Positions 26,901 through 41,900 of a stretch of 64,000 nucleotides of DNA are shown here, piece after piece. Source of the DNA: Iphione sp. A-MEVVRFRX5 (Eukaryota); contig OZ320315.1 in the NCBI GenBank assembly GCA_976226885.1, positions 41,974,001 through 42,038,000 of the forward strand, given 5' to 3'. A model generated the notes under the pieces. That model saw only the letters and a program-made list of their open reading frames with translations, was not told the DNA's origin and searched no databases. Made by a program: the position numbers and the translations under genes. Every line of letters begins with the position of its first letter. Position 1 is the stretch's first letter.

Positions 26901-29900
26901 TTCATAATCATGCATTTCTTCGCAGGTGTATTTTTGCGTCCTTGGTAGTGAATATAAGGCGGAGTGGGGTAAACCTTACTACCAGTGGCCAAGTAATGAT
27001 GCATGTAAGAGCACCTGGCAGTTAATTTTCAAATGCATCAGAAAATTAGGCTTTCTTGATACAGGGTAATCAGTGTAGGTACTGTGACCCAGCTCGTAGT
27101 GCTAGTCGACAGACATGTGCGTGATCTGATCCGAGAGTGAGTCATAAGTGCACAACAACCGAAACGATTTCTTTGGGTAGTAACCATAGATACGGCTCGT
27201 TCACCCCAATGCTGAATTCTTTACAGAACGCTCATCTGCATTATTAGAACCAAAAAAGGATTCCCTTTAGAAACATACAAAAATAATTACTATATGTGTA
27301 GGAGATGCGCCGCCCTCCCTTGTGAACAGAGCATTAGATTAATTGATGGTCGTCCACGTTGAATTTTCAAAGCCAAATTGATCGTTATAAATGTATTGTT
27401 TTTCTTAATATCCACTAGCAATTTAAAGCCGTCTGTTATTTTGCCTATCCACCCTGCATTAGATTCATATCTAAATCAAGTCCATAGTAGACACCACTTG
27501 TTGTGAGAAGTTGGACAGATGTCTGTTACACTTACATCGTCGAACTTTTCTCATGAAGTCAGGGGCATTTTTTATCTACAGGCTTTCGCACTTCTAGAAA
27601 TGGAATCTTCTTCTTCTTCGCATGAATCCACACCAGCCGCCCACAGATGGTAATGAATCAGCGTAACTAATAACTCCCTTTGAAATGGAGAGGGACTGTA
27701 TGAGATACATACGTTGAAAGGGGAGGACGCGTAGGGGCTGTAGGGCCAGGAAGGGTCGGGCGGCAGGATGCCGCAGCCGACGGTTTATGATCTTTTACTA
27801 TCAAAGGCTCGCTCCTGTAGGTCTCTCCGATAAGCGCCGCAGTAAATAACAACACACGGCGCGAGGCTCTCCGGCCTGGCAGATCAGAGAGAGAGAGAGA
27901 GTACAGAGCTGCGGACACGGGGGATGCGCCGCGTTGGCCATGCATCTATGGAGAGGAAGGGGATGCGAGCTGCCATCATCTGCCCCCCCCACGTTCTACC
28001 CTCCTCTCCATCCCCACCACCAGGCTGCGTAACCCCGCTGAACATATATCAGGGCGCCATCTCCACATCCTCTGAAGATACATACATCATTGACACCATA
28101 TTGGAGGGCGGACACGAGGGCTGTGATCGTGCAACCAGGCGGCCGCGGGAGCGCCGACACAACGATACATTTGCCATCAATATTCTATTGAGTAAAGCCT
28201 TCACGCAGGGCTTTATGTCGGATTCGAGTGCTTGCTCTGTGAATGATAACCATTCATTATTCATGTCCCGAAATCATTGAGTTTATCTGGGGCCGGCCTC
28301 AGGGCTGGCGTGATATTGTAATTGCATGGAAATGGCACGTATACATGGCGTTAAATCCGTGTAAGAAGCACGTAATCTCTATCATTTATCATCATGTAAC
28401 TCTGTCAGTGCTTCTCTAGCAGTGTTTGTTTTAGTTCCTTGTCTAAAGGGCTATACAACACAAGCCGTGGTTGCTGCGGAAATGATGGATTCTTAAATGC
28501 TCAGTTCTGTCATCCGGTATTAACTTAAATTGTACACCTGTCTAGTTACTTCCATTATTACCCGGAATTGCTTAACCTACAAATACTAATAAAGGTTTAA
28601 TCATGTGCCTGCCTGATGTCTACAGATATTAGAATCACTATTTACAGTCTTGTTAACTTCAGGCGTGAAAAAAATCACTGCACAGACTTTTTGGTTAGTT
28701 TTGATTGAGTATGAATATATTGAGGCTTACGCATTTGTTCACGGTCAGTGATTATGTATTCGATTTAAATGCTTTTTTCCCCCAAAGGGGAAGCTCTGTG
28801 TCAACTCTGTCAAAGTTCATCAGAATCAACCACACGCACCACGGTATGCCCCCACCCCCACCCTTTCAGGTGGAATGTATGAAGGTAACAATAACGCACA
28901 GTTGGCCCTTCCCACGGCAGCCTGACGTTTTAATTAACCCCAAACGCCCACGGAGCCCGCATCCCTGCTCCCTTCTACCCCCGAGCGCCCACCTCCTCTA
29001 TATGTTGTATGGTGGGCGTGATAAAGACACCATTATAACGAGGCGTCTCCAGACGCGAACCCACACCTGGCTCTTCTGACAAAGTGGACAGAAACTGTCT
29101 CCGAAAAGAGCATGAACCAAGGCGCCCCGCTTCTTACACAGCATGGTTCCAAGTCAAGCGGCAGATGGCCTTTGGTCAATGCAGGCCAAGAAGCAGTTAG
29201 GCCGCAGCATGACCTGTAGACGGGATTCCATTTGATAAGAGATCACCACGTAACTTTCTCTCGTTATACCTCTCTATTATTCTTGGAGAAAGTTATTCAT
29301 TCGACGTTAATGAAGTGCTGCATAAGCGCAGAGACTAATTGCAAACATTTATCAATAGAGATTGTCTCATTAAGCGCTGGGCGAGCGGTAATTTGAAATT
29401 TTCGGCTACTGAAAGGGATACGTGTATGTCCTCCTACTCAGGTCTGCACATTAATGCGGCTTACTTAGTAGGATCCCTTGAACCAGCATAGGGAGTTTGG
29501 GAGCGGGTACCCACAAGCAGAGTGGTGATCAAAGCTACAAGCAGCTTCAGAAGATGTAGACGACAATGAAGATACCATCCGTCAGTCTCCTGTTGCCAGG
29601 GTTGCTGTTTGGCACACGCCAGTCCCAGCCATGCTCGTATTATAGTGATCAAAGCTAAGGCTGGATGAAAGTCGGTCTTATGACAAGAGGACGGCGCCGC
29701 GTTTGAAGCCGACTCAGGTATTCTGTAAAAGGCCGAGTGCCCCCGCAGGAGCAGGATGATGGGGTGACAGGGTGGTGACCGAACCGTGGAGTGTTTACAC
29801 ACCTGGGCCGCACACAGACTCCAGGCCGCTCCTTCCCCCCTTTTCCCAAAAGTGCGCTATATCCCCCCCCCCCCCTTCACCACCTCACGCCGACCACCAC

Positions 29901-32900
29901 ACACACCTAACCCCCCTTCCTTCCTCGTCCCTGTTTGCCTCTCCCATACTTCGGCCGCCCGGGCACCCATAGAATGGCTTCGGACCGAATGGAAGCCAGA
30001 TGTGCGGTCTTGGGCTTGTTTTCGTAGGCGCGGCTGTCGGGCGGACAGCGTTTTCCGGCCCGCCTTTCCCTACACGCGACCCTATGGGATCCAGATGCAC
30101 CCGAAAGCAGTCGTGATCTACGCGCCGGCAGGCCGTAATTGGACCAGGTAGTCGCTCACCTGACGCGGGGCCCTCGCTCAGCCTCCTTCTCGAACCGAGG
30201 CCAACATGCCTCACGGCTTGCACACCCACCTCTGCCTAGTTATTACTCATTCCACGCTGCCGGTGTGAAGATATAACCACAGCTTCTTCGCGCACTACAT
30301 ACACCTGGAAGATACACCCATTGGATAATAGTCAGCAAGCCCTCGGCCCAAGACCGTGACATATCCCACACTAAACGATAACGGTCTGACAGAGGTTGTA
30401 CCAACTGCATACTTTCCCCCCCACACATAGTGAAATTTATGTATTGTCTGACAGGAAGACATGTTTAACTTGAAGGATGAGGGTTGCGTCTAGTTAGCCC
30501 GTATTTGTCAGTGACATGCACTTCAGGCTGTGACTAAGTATTCAACACATGGGCATTGTAGAAAAATGCACTTGGTAGGTGTTTGGACTATGCCAGGCAA
30601 TGTTTGTTTTGGATCTCCCAGACTACAACGGGCATCTGTTTCAAAATATTGACTTACACATGTAACCCATACTCGAGCCATATTGAGGACAGCAGACCTG
30701 ATAATCATTAGTGTGCCTTATGGAAGGGGCATCATCCAACTTATTTCAAACAGCTCAGAGTTCTACCTCTTTTTTTGGCTACTTGTTGACGGCATTCATT
30801 AGGAATTTTAACAAGCTAACAGGTCCCTTACAATAAATCATGGCATTCCATTCTGCCCATAAAACAGACAAAGACAGTTTATAACATTCGTAACGAGCCG
30901 TGCTGTAGATTACGCAAAACGTATCCTTTATAACGAAAATCAGTAAATGCCCAATTACAGAAGTAGATACCCATGGCTATTAAACAAGTGTATGCATACT
31001 GCAACCTTGTGTCTTCGCGTGTGTTCTTAATAGTAACTGTGGGTCTAAACTGTGTGATGTAAAAGCAGCAGTGCCCTATGCTAAGTCGAAATCATGTAGA
31101 CGAAGGTGGTCGCATGTCAAATTTTAATTCCCCGTCACATTTAAGTGAGAATTTCCAGTGCCGTTTTGAACGACTTGTTAAATAGGCATGGCTTGCTACT
31201 GCTTATTTATTACGTACGTTCATTGTTCGAGAATTGCATCTTTTTATTTGAGGAATGTTCTTCAACTCACCTGACATAAGTGCATATATGACCGGAGCGA
31301 TAGTGCTCTACCCATGGTTTCTTTGACCGTGTTAAAATAATAACCTTTCTTTAGGTAATATATCTATTAATATTATCTCACCGGTCTTTCACTAGACGGC
31401 CATCTCTGACCCGAAAGACCCAAGTAATGAAATCCCACGAGGTCGAAGTGTGAACGAACAATGTAGAGATTTATGCCCATCAAGTCGTTGTCACGTTAAA
31501 AGCCCTGGCGGGAGAAAATTGTCGGCCGTTGAGAAGCGGGCGTTCCTCTCAATCGTGGACCGGAAGTGCTGAGTCACACTGGGGTGCATGCTAAGCGTAA
31601 ATTGGCTGCCCGCGCCCAGCTTCAACGCTGACCGTTCTTGTGCGCCGACAATGGCCAGTGCAGGAGGCGGAGAAGTGACATGGTTAACGTGGTGGCCTAA
31701 TGCCGCCACAGGGCGAGGGTCGGCCGGCAGTTGTCCACCCGGGCAGGGATTTTCTGGAGGACGCCGGGGGCCCACGTTATTGGCCGTAATCAGGTGTATA
31801 ATGACCGATCTAGCGAGCCTGATATGGTCGCCACCAGGGCAGTTAGGCAGAGCCTCGCTTCCAGAACAACCCATTAGCTTCCGCTTTTAAAGTAGCAGAG
31901 ACTTTTACTTAATTTCACCATAAATATTGATAGCAGGCGTTTGAAGGGATGTTTTCCCAAGGCCTCTCATTGAGGGCCACCGGTCAGTTGAGATAAACAT
32001 TTCATTAAGAATATCGTATCTCTCCGCAACTACTCTTTCTCAAATTATTCACGTTGAAGGATTTGGTATCATCAACAGTATCTACCTTGCTGTTTCGCTA
32101 GGCGTTTTGGACGATGTTTTATGAGCAGTATTGTCTCGTGGAGCTTATAAATACAGAACGAACATGCTGCATACAATTGGCCAGTCACCAGACGACTGCC
32201 CGTTTGAATGAGCTCTTCTTATGTTTACTCACGTCTGGCTCATCATCTCTCCGCTGCCGACAGCCTCTTTGGTTGTCCAACAGGCCTCTGTGCCAGCAGG
32301 GGGATGACAGCAATGAGATGGAAGGTCCCGCGAAGTAGTGCGGTTATTCGGACGTGCCAGCCGGAATACCTCGCTTCTGTTTTTTATTCTCACAGGTTGG
32401 CTAGTGGCACAGGTGGCACAATGCCTCTCTTCAAAACATAAAAGGCAATAGTCTGTTGGTGGTAGACGTATCGTTTACACCTGGCAGGCGCAAGCCTTTG
32501 GCTGCACATCTGAAGGAGTGTTTCTACAGAGCAGGAAACTGTTTGACGGTGTCACCATATCTCATCGCTTTAGATATAGACTTCCATGCCTGCAGTTTCA
32601 ATTATTTTCTTTATACTCCCCCAAATGCGTTGCCTCGATATGCGATCTTTACTCAGGATGCCGAGTGATTTCTTAATGTCATAAATCACTGTATATATTT
32701 GGTAAATACTAATTTTGCTCTCCTTCCTCTCCGAATGAATACCAGAAGGCTTATCTTTTCGTTGTATTGTCCTTTCATCCTAAAACAGGAAGTAAATCGA
32801 CATTATCATATACCTTTTAGGTAAATTTCATGCAGCTGGGGCATTCTTCCCGACTCAGGTGATTTATTGGCTGCTAGCACAAAGTAGATGTCCACGACTA

Positions 32901-35900
32901 TCTAGTTTCCAATTCATGTCTTTGTTTGTATAGGGGAACATGACACCGAGAGATAGCAGAAGAAATTTTGCCAGACATTTACTGTTATTTTGTTAACTTG
33001 AGTGGAAAAGTAGTCTTTTGATGTGACATTTTATTCGGGAGATATTGATTAGTATTAAACTCTGCACTTATACTGCATAATCAGGACACAGACGTTTCTG
33101 CTCAGGGAGAGATATTTTAATCATAGTGAAAATATATTTCACTACATGCGGAGTTACAGGACACTGAGTTGATTTTGTCATCATATGTAATTTTGTAGAA
33201 TTACTTAACAAGCATGGAAGCTGCGGATACACTTTCTTTCTCGTGAAATAAGGACCTTATGTTTTTTACATATATGCCCGTGAGAGAAATTGTATCTCTT
33301 TTATTCCTCCTCCATAACAGCGTCGCATTATTTATGTAGCCCGAAGTCATCCATACCACCCTTTGACAGCTGTTTTCAAGCTAAACCAGTTAGATAGTAT
33401 CGGGCCAGAATCCCAAAGGCATCAGACAAGTGATTGATCACAACTGAGGGAATTAAGTGAACATAGTAGTAGCGCCCATTCAGACCTTGCCGATATTTAT
33501 CGTTTAACCTCGATGCCAATTTTTTTTCAGTATTCTCTGGTTTGTGTACTTTTCTGTTCAGGCGTTTATCAGTAGATTTTACGTTTGTTATCGGACCACT
33601 TCAGATTCTGTTCATTTATGGTTATATAGCATTATCAATATCATCTCTATGCAGGAGAAAACGTTTTATGTCTGTGTGACTAAAGATTTATGCTTTGAAA
33701 GTAAACATAAAAAGCAAAGATTTTGTCTGTTTTTGCTCGTGGGACGCCAGCACGTACACATTTATATCATTGTCACTTTGTGTAATTGGGCTGTTAAGTA
33801 ACTTAACCAGCTGCACACACAATTATAAGTGATTTCCTTTGTTTACATGAATTTTACACGTTAGTTTCTGAGAAAATTCAGGATGGAACCGACAACGCCA
33901 AATGTTTGTTCTGTCGATTGTAATGCGTTTTCTAGCCAGAAGTCATTATCACAACTTTTGACATATACATGTACATTATCATGTAAGGGCTTTTGTAGAA
34001 TTCTTAGATTTTGAAAAGCCCAAAAATGTTGCAAAACTGACATCTTACCAACGACGACGAATTCTCCGGGACCCGAGACATTTTTTGTTCAAAGTTCACC
34101 TTTTTTTGCTTCAACTTCAGTGGTGTGACCAAAAGCAGATACTACCGACAAATGTAACAACACTTGTTACACACGTCAGGTCTACGTCTTTAAAGGCATT
34201 TTTTCCCTCTGAGAACTAAGTGAACCTACGGGTGGTATAGTTCACTCAGGAATGTCAGGTTTCGTTACAGTCCTTAACGGATACTGTTCATATGAAAGAT
34301 CCCTCGTTCTTTTCAAAATAGTTCATTTTGTTTTTCTTCAATATCAGCGTTTCAAACCTGTGGATTCTTTAGCTCTCGGTATTTCAGAGTAATGTTTTAG
34401 ACACCAGCCACCAATTTTGGCGTGATTAATGAGCGGCCCTGCCGCCAGGTGGTGAGCTCAGGGCCAGGAGCTAGCTAAGATTCGACCCGTCAGGCATGTG
34501 CCTAACAAGCACAGTTTACTGACCCGAGGCTTCAAAGTATACCCACCGGGGCACTTCAACGGTAAATACATATCTTAACATTTATTCATCCATGGCAACA
34601 ATGCGTTCGTGTAGGAATTTGCGATACATGGCAAAGTCCATACATCACAACGTGTTCTTAAAGACGTATATATCGACAGCAGTTCGTAGGACAAAATATT
34701 GGACTGATGAAACAGTACATCAGCCTAATTCAAAGTAGCATCACATCTACACGTACACATTCAACATATGCATACCTTCATTTTACTTACCTTTATATGA
34801 AGAAGGGGCAAAGGGAACATCTACACATTTGATTTGAATTCTTTGACTAACAGGTTATCATATTTGTAGGCGGGATAAGTGCTCTATACATGGCTCGATC
34901 AGAAATTCATCTTTTCTCCTCAAATTGTTTCTGTCCCAATTGTCAAGAGTTCAATATGGTATTCAGCGCTAGCTCCTTCGCAAACTGAGCAACCCTGTCA
35001 ATTTATTAATACTGATATTCAACAAGAAGTTCTCCCGCTGCTGCTTTGTTTCGATCAATCAGTATTGCTACATGTATATGTATACATTTTTTAACGGTAA
35101 GGGTTGTCAGTTGGCTAGGATCTTTTTTCCTGGATAACGCGAACGGTAATACGTACATATTAGAATACGTATGTACAAACATGTACCCATATACAATATT
35201 TATTCCGTAATGTCAGTATAATGGCGACAAGACGTTATGACGGCCTGTTCCTGAATCCAGCTGCCGGTTGTTGTTTCTCCTCATGGACCACCCTCGTAGT
35301 TGGACACCACTGGCCACTGGCTATCCGGTCACGTCGGCCACAGCCATGCAGCTCCTAGCCTCAGGTGAATCCAGCGAGCGCACTCTGCGTAGTCAAGGTT
35401 ATGCTATTGTGGGCCAACCACCGTAGGAATTTAGAAATAAGCTCCTACACGTATGACCGAACAAGAGTCGGGTACTATCAGCACACTTTACTGCATTTGT
35501 CCTACGTATGACTGTTTTCATTCTCTTTACATCAGTGCAGCGGATTTAAATACAACTTTGCTGATCAGCGCCAAAGAACCTAGTGTCATGCTATGTTATC
35601 TACACCAGCATGTAGAATTGGCAGAGCAGAAGTTGATTGTCTTGTATACTTCAACGGTAAATACATATCTTAACATTTATTCATCCATGGCAACAATGTG
35701 GTCGTGTAGGAATTTGCGATACATGGCAAAGTCGATACATCACAACGTGTTCTTAAAGACGTATATATCTGTCAAGGTTATGCTATTGTGGGCCAACCAC
35801 CATAGGAATTTAGAAATAAGCTCCTACACGTATGACCGAACAAGAGTCGGGTACTATCAGCACACTTTACTGCATTTGTCCTACGTATGACTGTTTTCAT

Positions 35901-38900
35901 TCTCTTTACATCAGTGCAGCGGATTTAAATACAACTTTGCTGATCAGCGCCAAAGAACCTAGTGTCATGCTATGTTATCTACACCAGCATGTAGAATTGG
36001 CAGAGCAGAAGTTGATTGTCTTGTATACTTCAACGGTAAATACATATCTTAACATTTATTCATCCATGGCAACAATGTGGTCGTGTAGGAATTTGCGATA
36101 CATGGCAAAGTCGATACATCACAACGTGTTCTTAAAGACGTATATATCTGTCAAGGTTATGCTATTGTGGGCCAACCACCATAGGAATTTAGAAATAAGC
36201 TCCTACACGTATGACCGAACAAGAGTCGGGTACTATCAGCACACTTTACTGCATTTGTCCTACGTATGACTGTTTTCATTCTCTTTACATCAGTGCAGCG
36301 GATTTAAATACAACTTTGCTGATCAGCGCCAAAGAACCTAGTGTCATGCTATGTTATCTACACCAGCATGTAGAATTGGCAGAGCAGAAGTTGATTGTCT
36401 TGTATACTTGATTACATGTACTTCGTATGAAAGAGCAATGGATATATTATTTTCTGATGTCTCATATCTCGCCTCCCATAAAAGATACCAAAAGAAACAT
36501 CACGGGCATAACAATAAATTGTACATCATTAAAATAGCGATTCCACCTAATTAAAGTACCGTTTTTTTCTGTCCATGGCTATCAGTCTCCCGTATTTCTC
36601 AATGTGACTGGTAACTGCCCGTGTCACCTGCGCCGGTGTGTCTCTTTTGAAAGGATGTGCCCGGCAGGTACACTCATGAGCCTTCCACTGACCGAGGTCA
36701 ACCAAACGACTTCTGCACCTATGGAGCCACACATCATATTTGACATGAAAATTACCCCCAACTTCACTCGTAGGCTGTGCGACACCTGGCCGCTGCAGTG
36801 CTTCACACAAGAGTGCAAAACAAGAACTGTCCATCTCGGCATGCATTAACTCATATTTAATATGACGTCTTTGATGCGCCATGTTTTAAAAAGTACCGTA
36901 TCTGCTGCAGTGTGCTGAATGCTTAAAAGCGATGGGTCACAGCCCTTCATGACTAACGACATTTTCATTGAAGTCGTTCATCTGTCTGCACTCCGGTTAG
37001 TCATGACACACAACTACTGTTTGTCCTTTGGTATGCAGCATTTATTGTCAGATAATGACCAATGTGGGCTACATTGTATGTATATTAGACCGCAAAACAC
37101 AAGTGACATGTAAATTGCATTTCTTATCTCGACCTCTTGAAGAATTCCGTATTTACCATGACGATTAACATGTCAAACTTAACATTTCTAGATAGTGAAG
37201 TGATGAAAGAACTTCAAGGCCAAGGAAAACCAGCGGGTTCTCTTTCGTTTTTCATTTGATATACACATGCTATGTCGATTTATTAGATATCTGCTAATTA
37301 AATGGTATGTCCTCTCTCAGAAGTTTTGAACGTGAGTATTATCACATCGCCGTTTTGCAGTATTAATTCCATTATTTCCGCGCCAATACATGTGTCTATG
37401 AATATCATTTTCCCTGTGTGTATACATGCACATATACATGTATACGTGTTGTTGTTAGTTTTGATGGGCAAAACTTTGGAGAAGGGCAAAACATATTTTA
37501 TGACATAGCACATGCTGAAATGGGTCGAGTGACGTGCCAGATTTCCTCCAGACACTCATCTTAACACGAACAAGAATTACTGGTGTTTGTTTAGGTTTTT
37601 AAAAAATATTTTTCCTCGGTAAATGACCACAAATACCTTCCTATTGAAAATAGGCCATCCAAAACTCCTGGGGCATCAGCCTCTCAACTTACACTTTTTA
37701 AACTATAGTAATTTGTTTTCTCACGAATAACGATGCTTTCTCTACATTTAACGGCGACCGGGTGTTTACCTCAGCGGTAGTAGCTAATGAGTGAAAGATA
37801 AAACCAACAAGGGGAAAACATTATGATTTTTTTACACAGATGTCCGACGTAACGTTTGCATTCGTGTTGCATGCCTTCGACTTAAACCGTTACTCTACGT
37901 CCCCTGTATGGTGTACCTACGAAGTTTTATGTCTTTGACAGGTCATATCTACATGTACTCACACTCACCAACTGCAAGTGATGAATGCATACGATTGTAG
38001 ATGTATGTGGCCATTGTGCATTAACCATTGGGTGCAGGCCATTGCATAAAGTAACCTATGGTTACGTGAAAGACTGCCTCCTACAGGTCACCGAAGGCCG
38101 TCAACGGCCCCCATCTTCGCTTGTGGTTGTGCAGGGGGAAGAGAATGGCGTTTGGCTTTGTGCTTTAAAAAGGTCGACTTTGATAAAGGAGACAGACTAG
38201 GTTTCGGCCATATATTAATTTTTCGAGAGACGCCCGTTCGAACGAATCGAACCTTTTCGGCAAAGAAAAACAGAAACGAAGGCGCTGTACACACTTGAGA
38301 TGCAACATCACGCCGCGTATGTTTACCTTCTGTTCGAAAGTGTCGTGCAGAAATAAATTTTCCTTAAAAGAATCATAAAAAAATGACACCATCCTTTATA
38401 TGTTCATAAATATGGGAAATGGTTTTGTGAATAGCTGTATTTATTCGAAGGAGGATGATAAAGAGTGCTGCATCATACAACATAAGAATGCGTTCCTTTT
38501 TAATTGTATTATCATAAGTGAAATGTTTAATTCCCTAGATCTCGAACTGGGTTCTTATGCATCGTGTTTGCCTGCCCCATTGGAGACAAGTAAAGAAGAG
38601 AACAAAGGCCTATGGACATGCGGTTTCCATGGCAGCCAATTATGATTCTTTTGTCCACTGTTGATTGCTGCAAATGAGCTGAGTCCTATCGATAATGGCC
38701 CCGGCCCTGGGAGGTCGCTAAAATTCAATGCTTCGCAACGGCAGCGATTCAGCGGGAAGAACCCAACAGTAACACTACTCGCTGTCGGTAACTCTAGCAA
38801 GTCGCTTCCCATAGACAGACAATTGTCTACAACTCCAAAACTTCCTTATCTTGATAGGAGAGGAACTCACATCACAAAAGGACAGTAATAACTAGAATAT

Positions 38901-41900
38901 ATTTTCCTACCACGACTCTTTCTTGTGACAACTTATTTGGGAAACCTAAAGTGTAAAAGGTTAACATATGACAAGTTGTCTGTAGTGTGTTTTTTTCATC
39001 CTATATTCTCGTCGGAGACATCACTGATGCGCCTCACGTCGGTCTTCGTCGCCGGCTTCTCAGGGAGGTGGCGCCGCCTCCCGTGAGGCGGGTCAGAGGC
39101 GACCGTCACGTCAGTCGGGCGGTTGGGGGGAGGGGGTTAGGATGTGGGGGGGATAGAGCACCACTACTACCTCCGGTCGCCACCGTCGGCGGGGAGCACA
39201 TGCGAACTGGGTGAATCACGATATCCCTCCAGTTGTAAGACATTTGCAAATAGCTCTCTCTAATATATTCCTAGCGTAAACAGTCTTATACATATTATAC
39301 GCATTAGAGCTTTTATATTCCATGTATTTTAGAAAGTGTTTGAGTCATATATGCACCTTAAGGCATTTCTGTATTCCCCCCCAGTTAATATTTTTTATGA
39401 TTAAGATAGGTGTGGAAATGAAACACGCCATGATAAATGCTGGCTGAGTGTCCCCATATTGTTTGTGGGAACCTGTGCCCTGCAGAACAAATTACATGCT
39501 CCGGATGTGGAATTCATCCAACGGCTTGGTCACCTCTGGCTTCGAACTCGTTGGTTAGGTGACTATATGATTACCTCTACTCGGTGCAGTTGGCAAGCAG
39601 ATGTGGTTGGGCCGCTTCCTCCCACCCATCCCTACAGCCATCCTGCCTTTTACCCCTGCTCTGTATACATGTACGTGTACGTGAACGAGCTGTGGGTCAT
39701 TCGCGCTCAAGGGGGAAATGATATTTCACATGTTGAGAAAAGGGGTTCTCGTCTGAAAAATGCCATTCGTGGGGGTAAAGAAGACAGAAAAATACGGCCC
39801 TACAAACATGCGGGTTAATGTTCCCGGCCAGTGTTAATCACTGCACTATTTGTGTCGCATGAAAAGGAGAGCTGGCAGGGAGAAAAAAGTGTTTCCCCGT
39901 TGCGGGTGACAAAGAAAGCACGTGTCATTAAAAAGATGTCAGAGGTGTGAAGGGAATAGCAAACGTTGTGCCAAAATTTACTCCCCGGCCCAATTTATGA
40001 AACCACCAGAATGTAGGTACAGCTACTGAGCTTAAGTATCAGTTTTAATGGCGGTTTTCCACATGCCTTGCGTCATAATGGCCGAGGAGGAGCACTCATT
40101 GAGACGTGTAGGAGTGGTCGTTCAAGGTCTCATTCATAGTTTAATTGATGTGCATACTTGGAGGCTAAACGCACACGCCTTATGTATAGCCTGGCAGCCT
40201 GCATGGGTCGTTCGCCATGGCCTACTTGCAGTCAGATGCCTTGCAGATAGCTTTCAGAGACGTTATTTATCGCTTGCCTTTCGCTCCATACAGTAATAGA
40301 CTTGTCACCCTGCGTCTCACAATCGACGGTGACAGCGCCGCCCTGCGTCTTGGGCACAAACCTATAAACAATTGGAGAACATCACGTTGGAGCTCTCGCC
40401 CGAATACTGACAATCTGGAGAGTTCAGTGGTCTGGGTAAAGGCCGTTGTTTGCTTTGTTTTCCAAGCTCAGTTGAACACAAATTTATCACCTTCTCAGAT
40501 AATGTTCCCATACGCTGCCTCTTAGCGAGTTGTAATGGACTTATGGCGATTAATAGTATTGCGGGTTCTACTTTAAATGTATCAAACGAGAAAGTTTTTT
40601 CCCTGTCTTCCACGAGTCTTCTTTTTCTTTCACAAGAAACCCATCTGTATTCGCGATTCAACTTATGAAGTAGTTTCAGAGTTAAACTAACCGCCATTTG
40701 TATCAGTTTGTACGAATAAGGCCTGTTACTGTAATTGAATGATTGCTCTCAACAGCAAAACGTTTTAATGGACGTAGCGAGAACACAGTTCTTTTAGCAC
40801 AGACAGCAATCACGTCACCGCGTAAAACAACACTAGAATTCCGAATGGGGAATTTATATCTGTGTACATCTATAATCCAGCAGCTGGGAATGGTACCTAC
40901 CAATACTACGACATTATGGCACTGCACAAAAACTTGTTTTCAAACTAGCGAAGTGGTTCTGCATGTAGTGTGCGTTTGGTAATGGTAAAGTAGATGACTC
41001 TAGATAAAATCTTTAGGAAGAAGTAAATCGATATCGTGCACATTATAGTTACAGCCACATCGAAACTGTTGTCTGAAGCTGCTGCAGCCGGGTTTCCATC
41101 TCATCCTGTGACAAACAGCTCCGTATCCGACAAGCGCTTTTCCTTTCAATTATGTATGCAATTGCTGCTGTCTATAACGGGATGGAAATTCTCTATCTGT
41201 TGTCCTGGGGTGTTTTAGCATCTACAAAAGACCTTGTGACGAAGAGCATGGATCGTAATCGAAAAGGCCATATAGATGGGGTTGTCGGCCATTGATATAG
41301 ACATGCAGAGATGGGGTCCTTGATAAGTAATTTGACGAGTCTGGCTGGAGGTATCCTGCCGTCACGAAACTCCCCTTTGCGATGAGCTTGGCGTCTGAAC
41401 TGGGTATCACTCTCCAAGATCTTCTGTGGCTCAAAATGTGACCTTCCCTTTAATGTTATTCAATGTAGCTTTGGCGAATTTATTTAAGATTTAAGGCGAG
41501 GTTTTCCTCGCAGTATTAAGCTGCTTCCTACGTGGCTTTCTCGAACAGATTTGTTGTGAAAATGAGTCCAAAATGAAGCTTTGATTGCTTGTCCCCATGC
41601 GTCTTTTGATCTGATCACTATCTAATCTAAATTGGGATAATTTCGTGACATTGATCGATGTGCCCGGCCGAATAATGAGCGCTGTCACCCTCTGCAGTTA
41701 ACACCTGCTCTCGGGAGAAGCGTCATCCCGACCAATGCAAAATGACACAGGAATTTGAGAAGGGCAGAAAAGAGCGACAGATTCCCTGCAAAACACTCGC
41801 TGACAGCGACTTCAAAGTTAGCCGCCCCTCCGTTGATGAGCTTGATTATCTCGTCCCACCGGGATCAGCAGCAGATGACCCGCTTCTCCTGGCGCCGAGA

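Noticed and set aside
30000-30150. Faint DIRS RNase H-like peptide (AFP...AVVIYAP...W)
   Set aside because: Spacing is wrong and there are no other DIRS motifs nearby.
35453-36411. Identical 145-aa ORFs (MTEQESGTIS...)
   Set aside because: Product of the 379-bp tandem repeat; no recognisable domain and no splice context.
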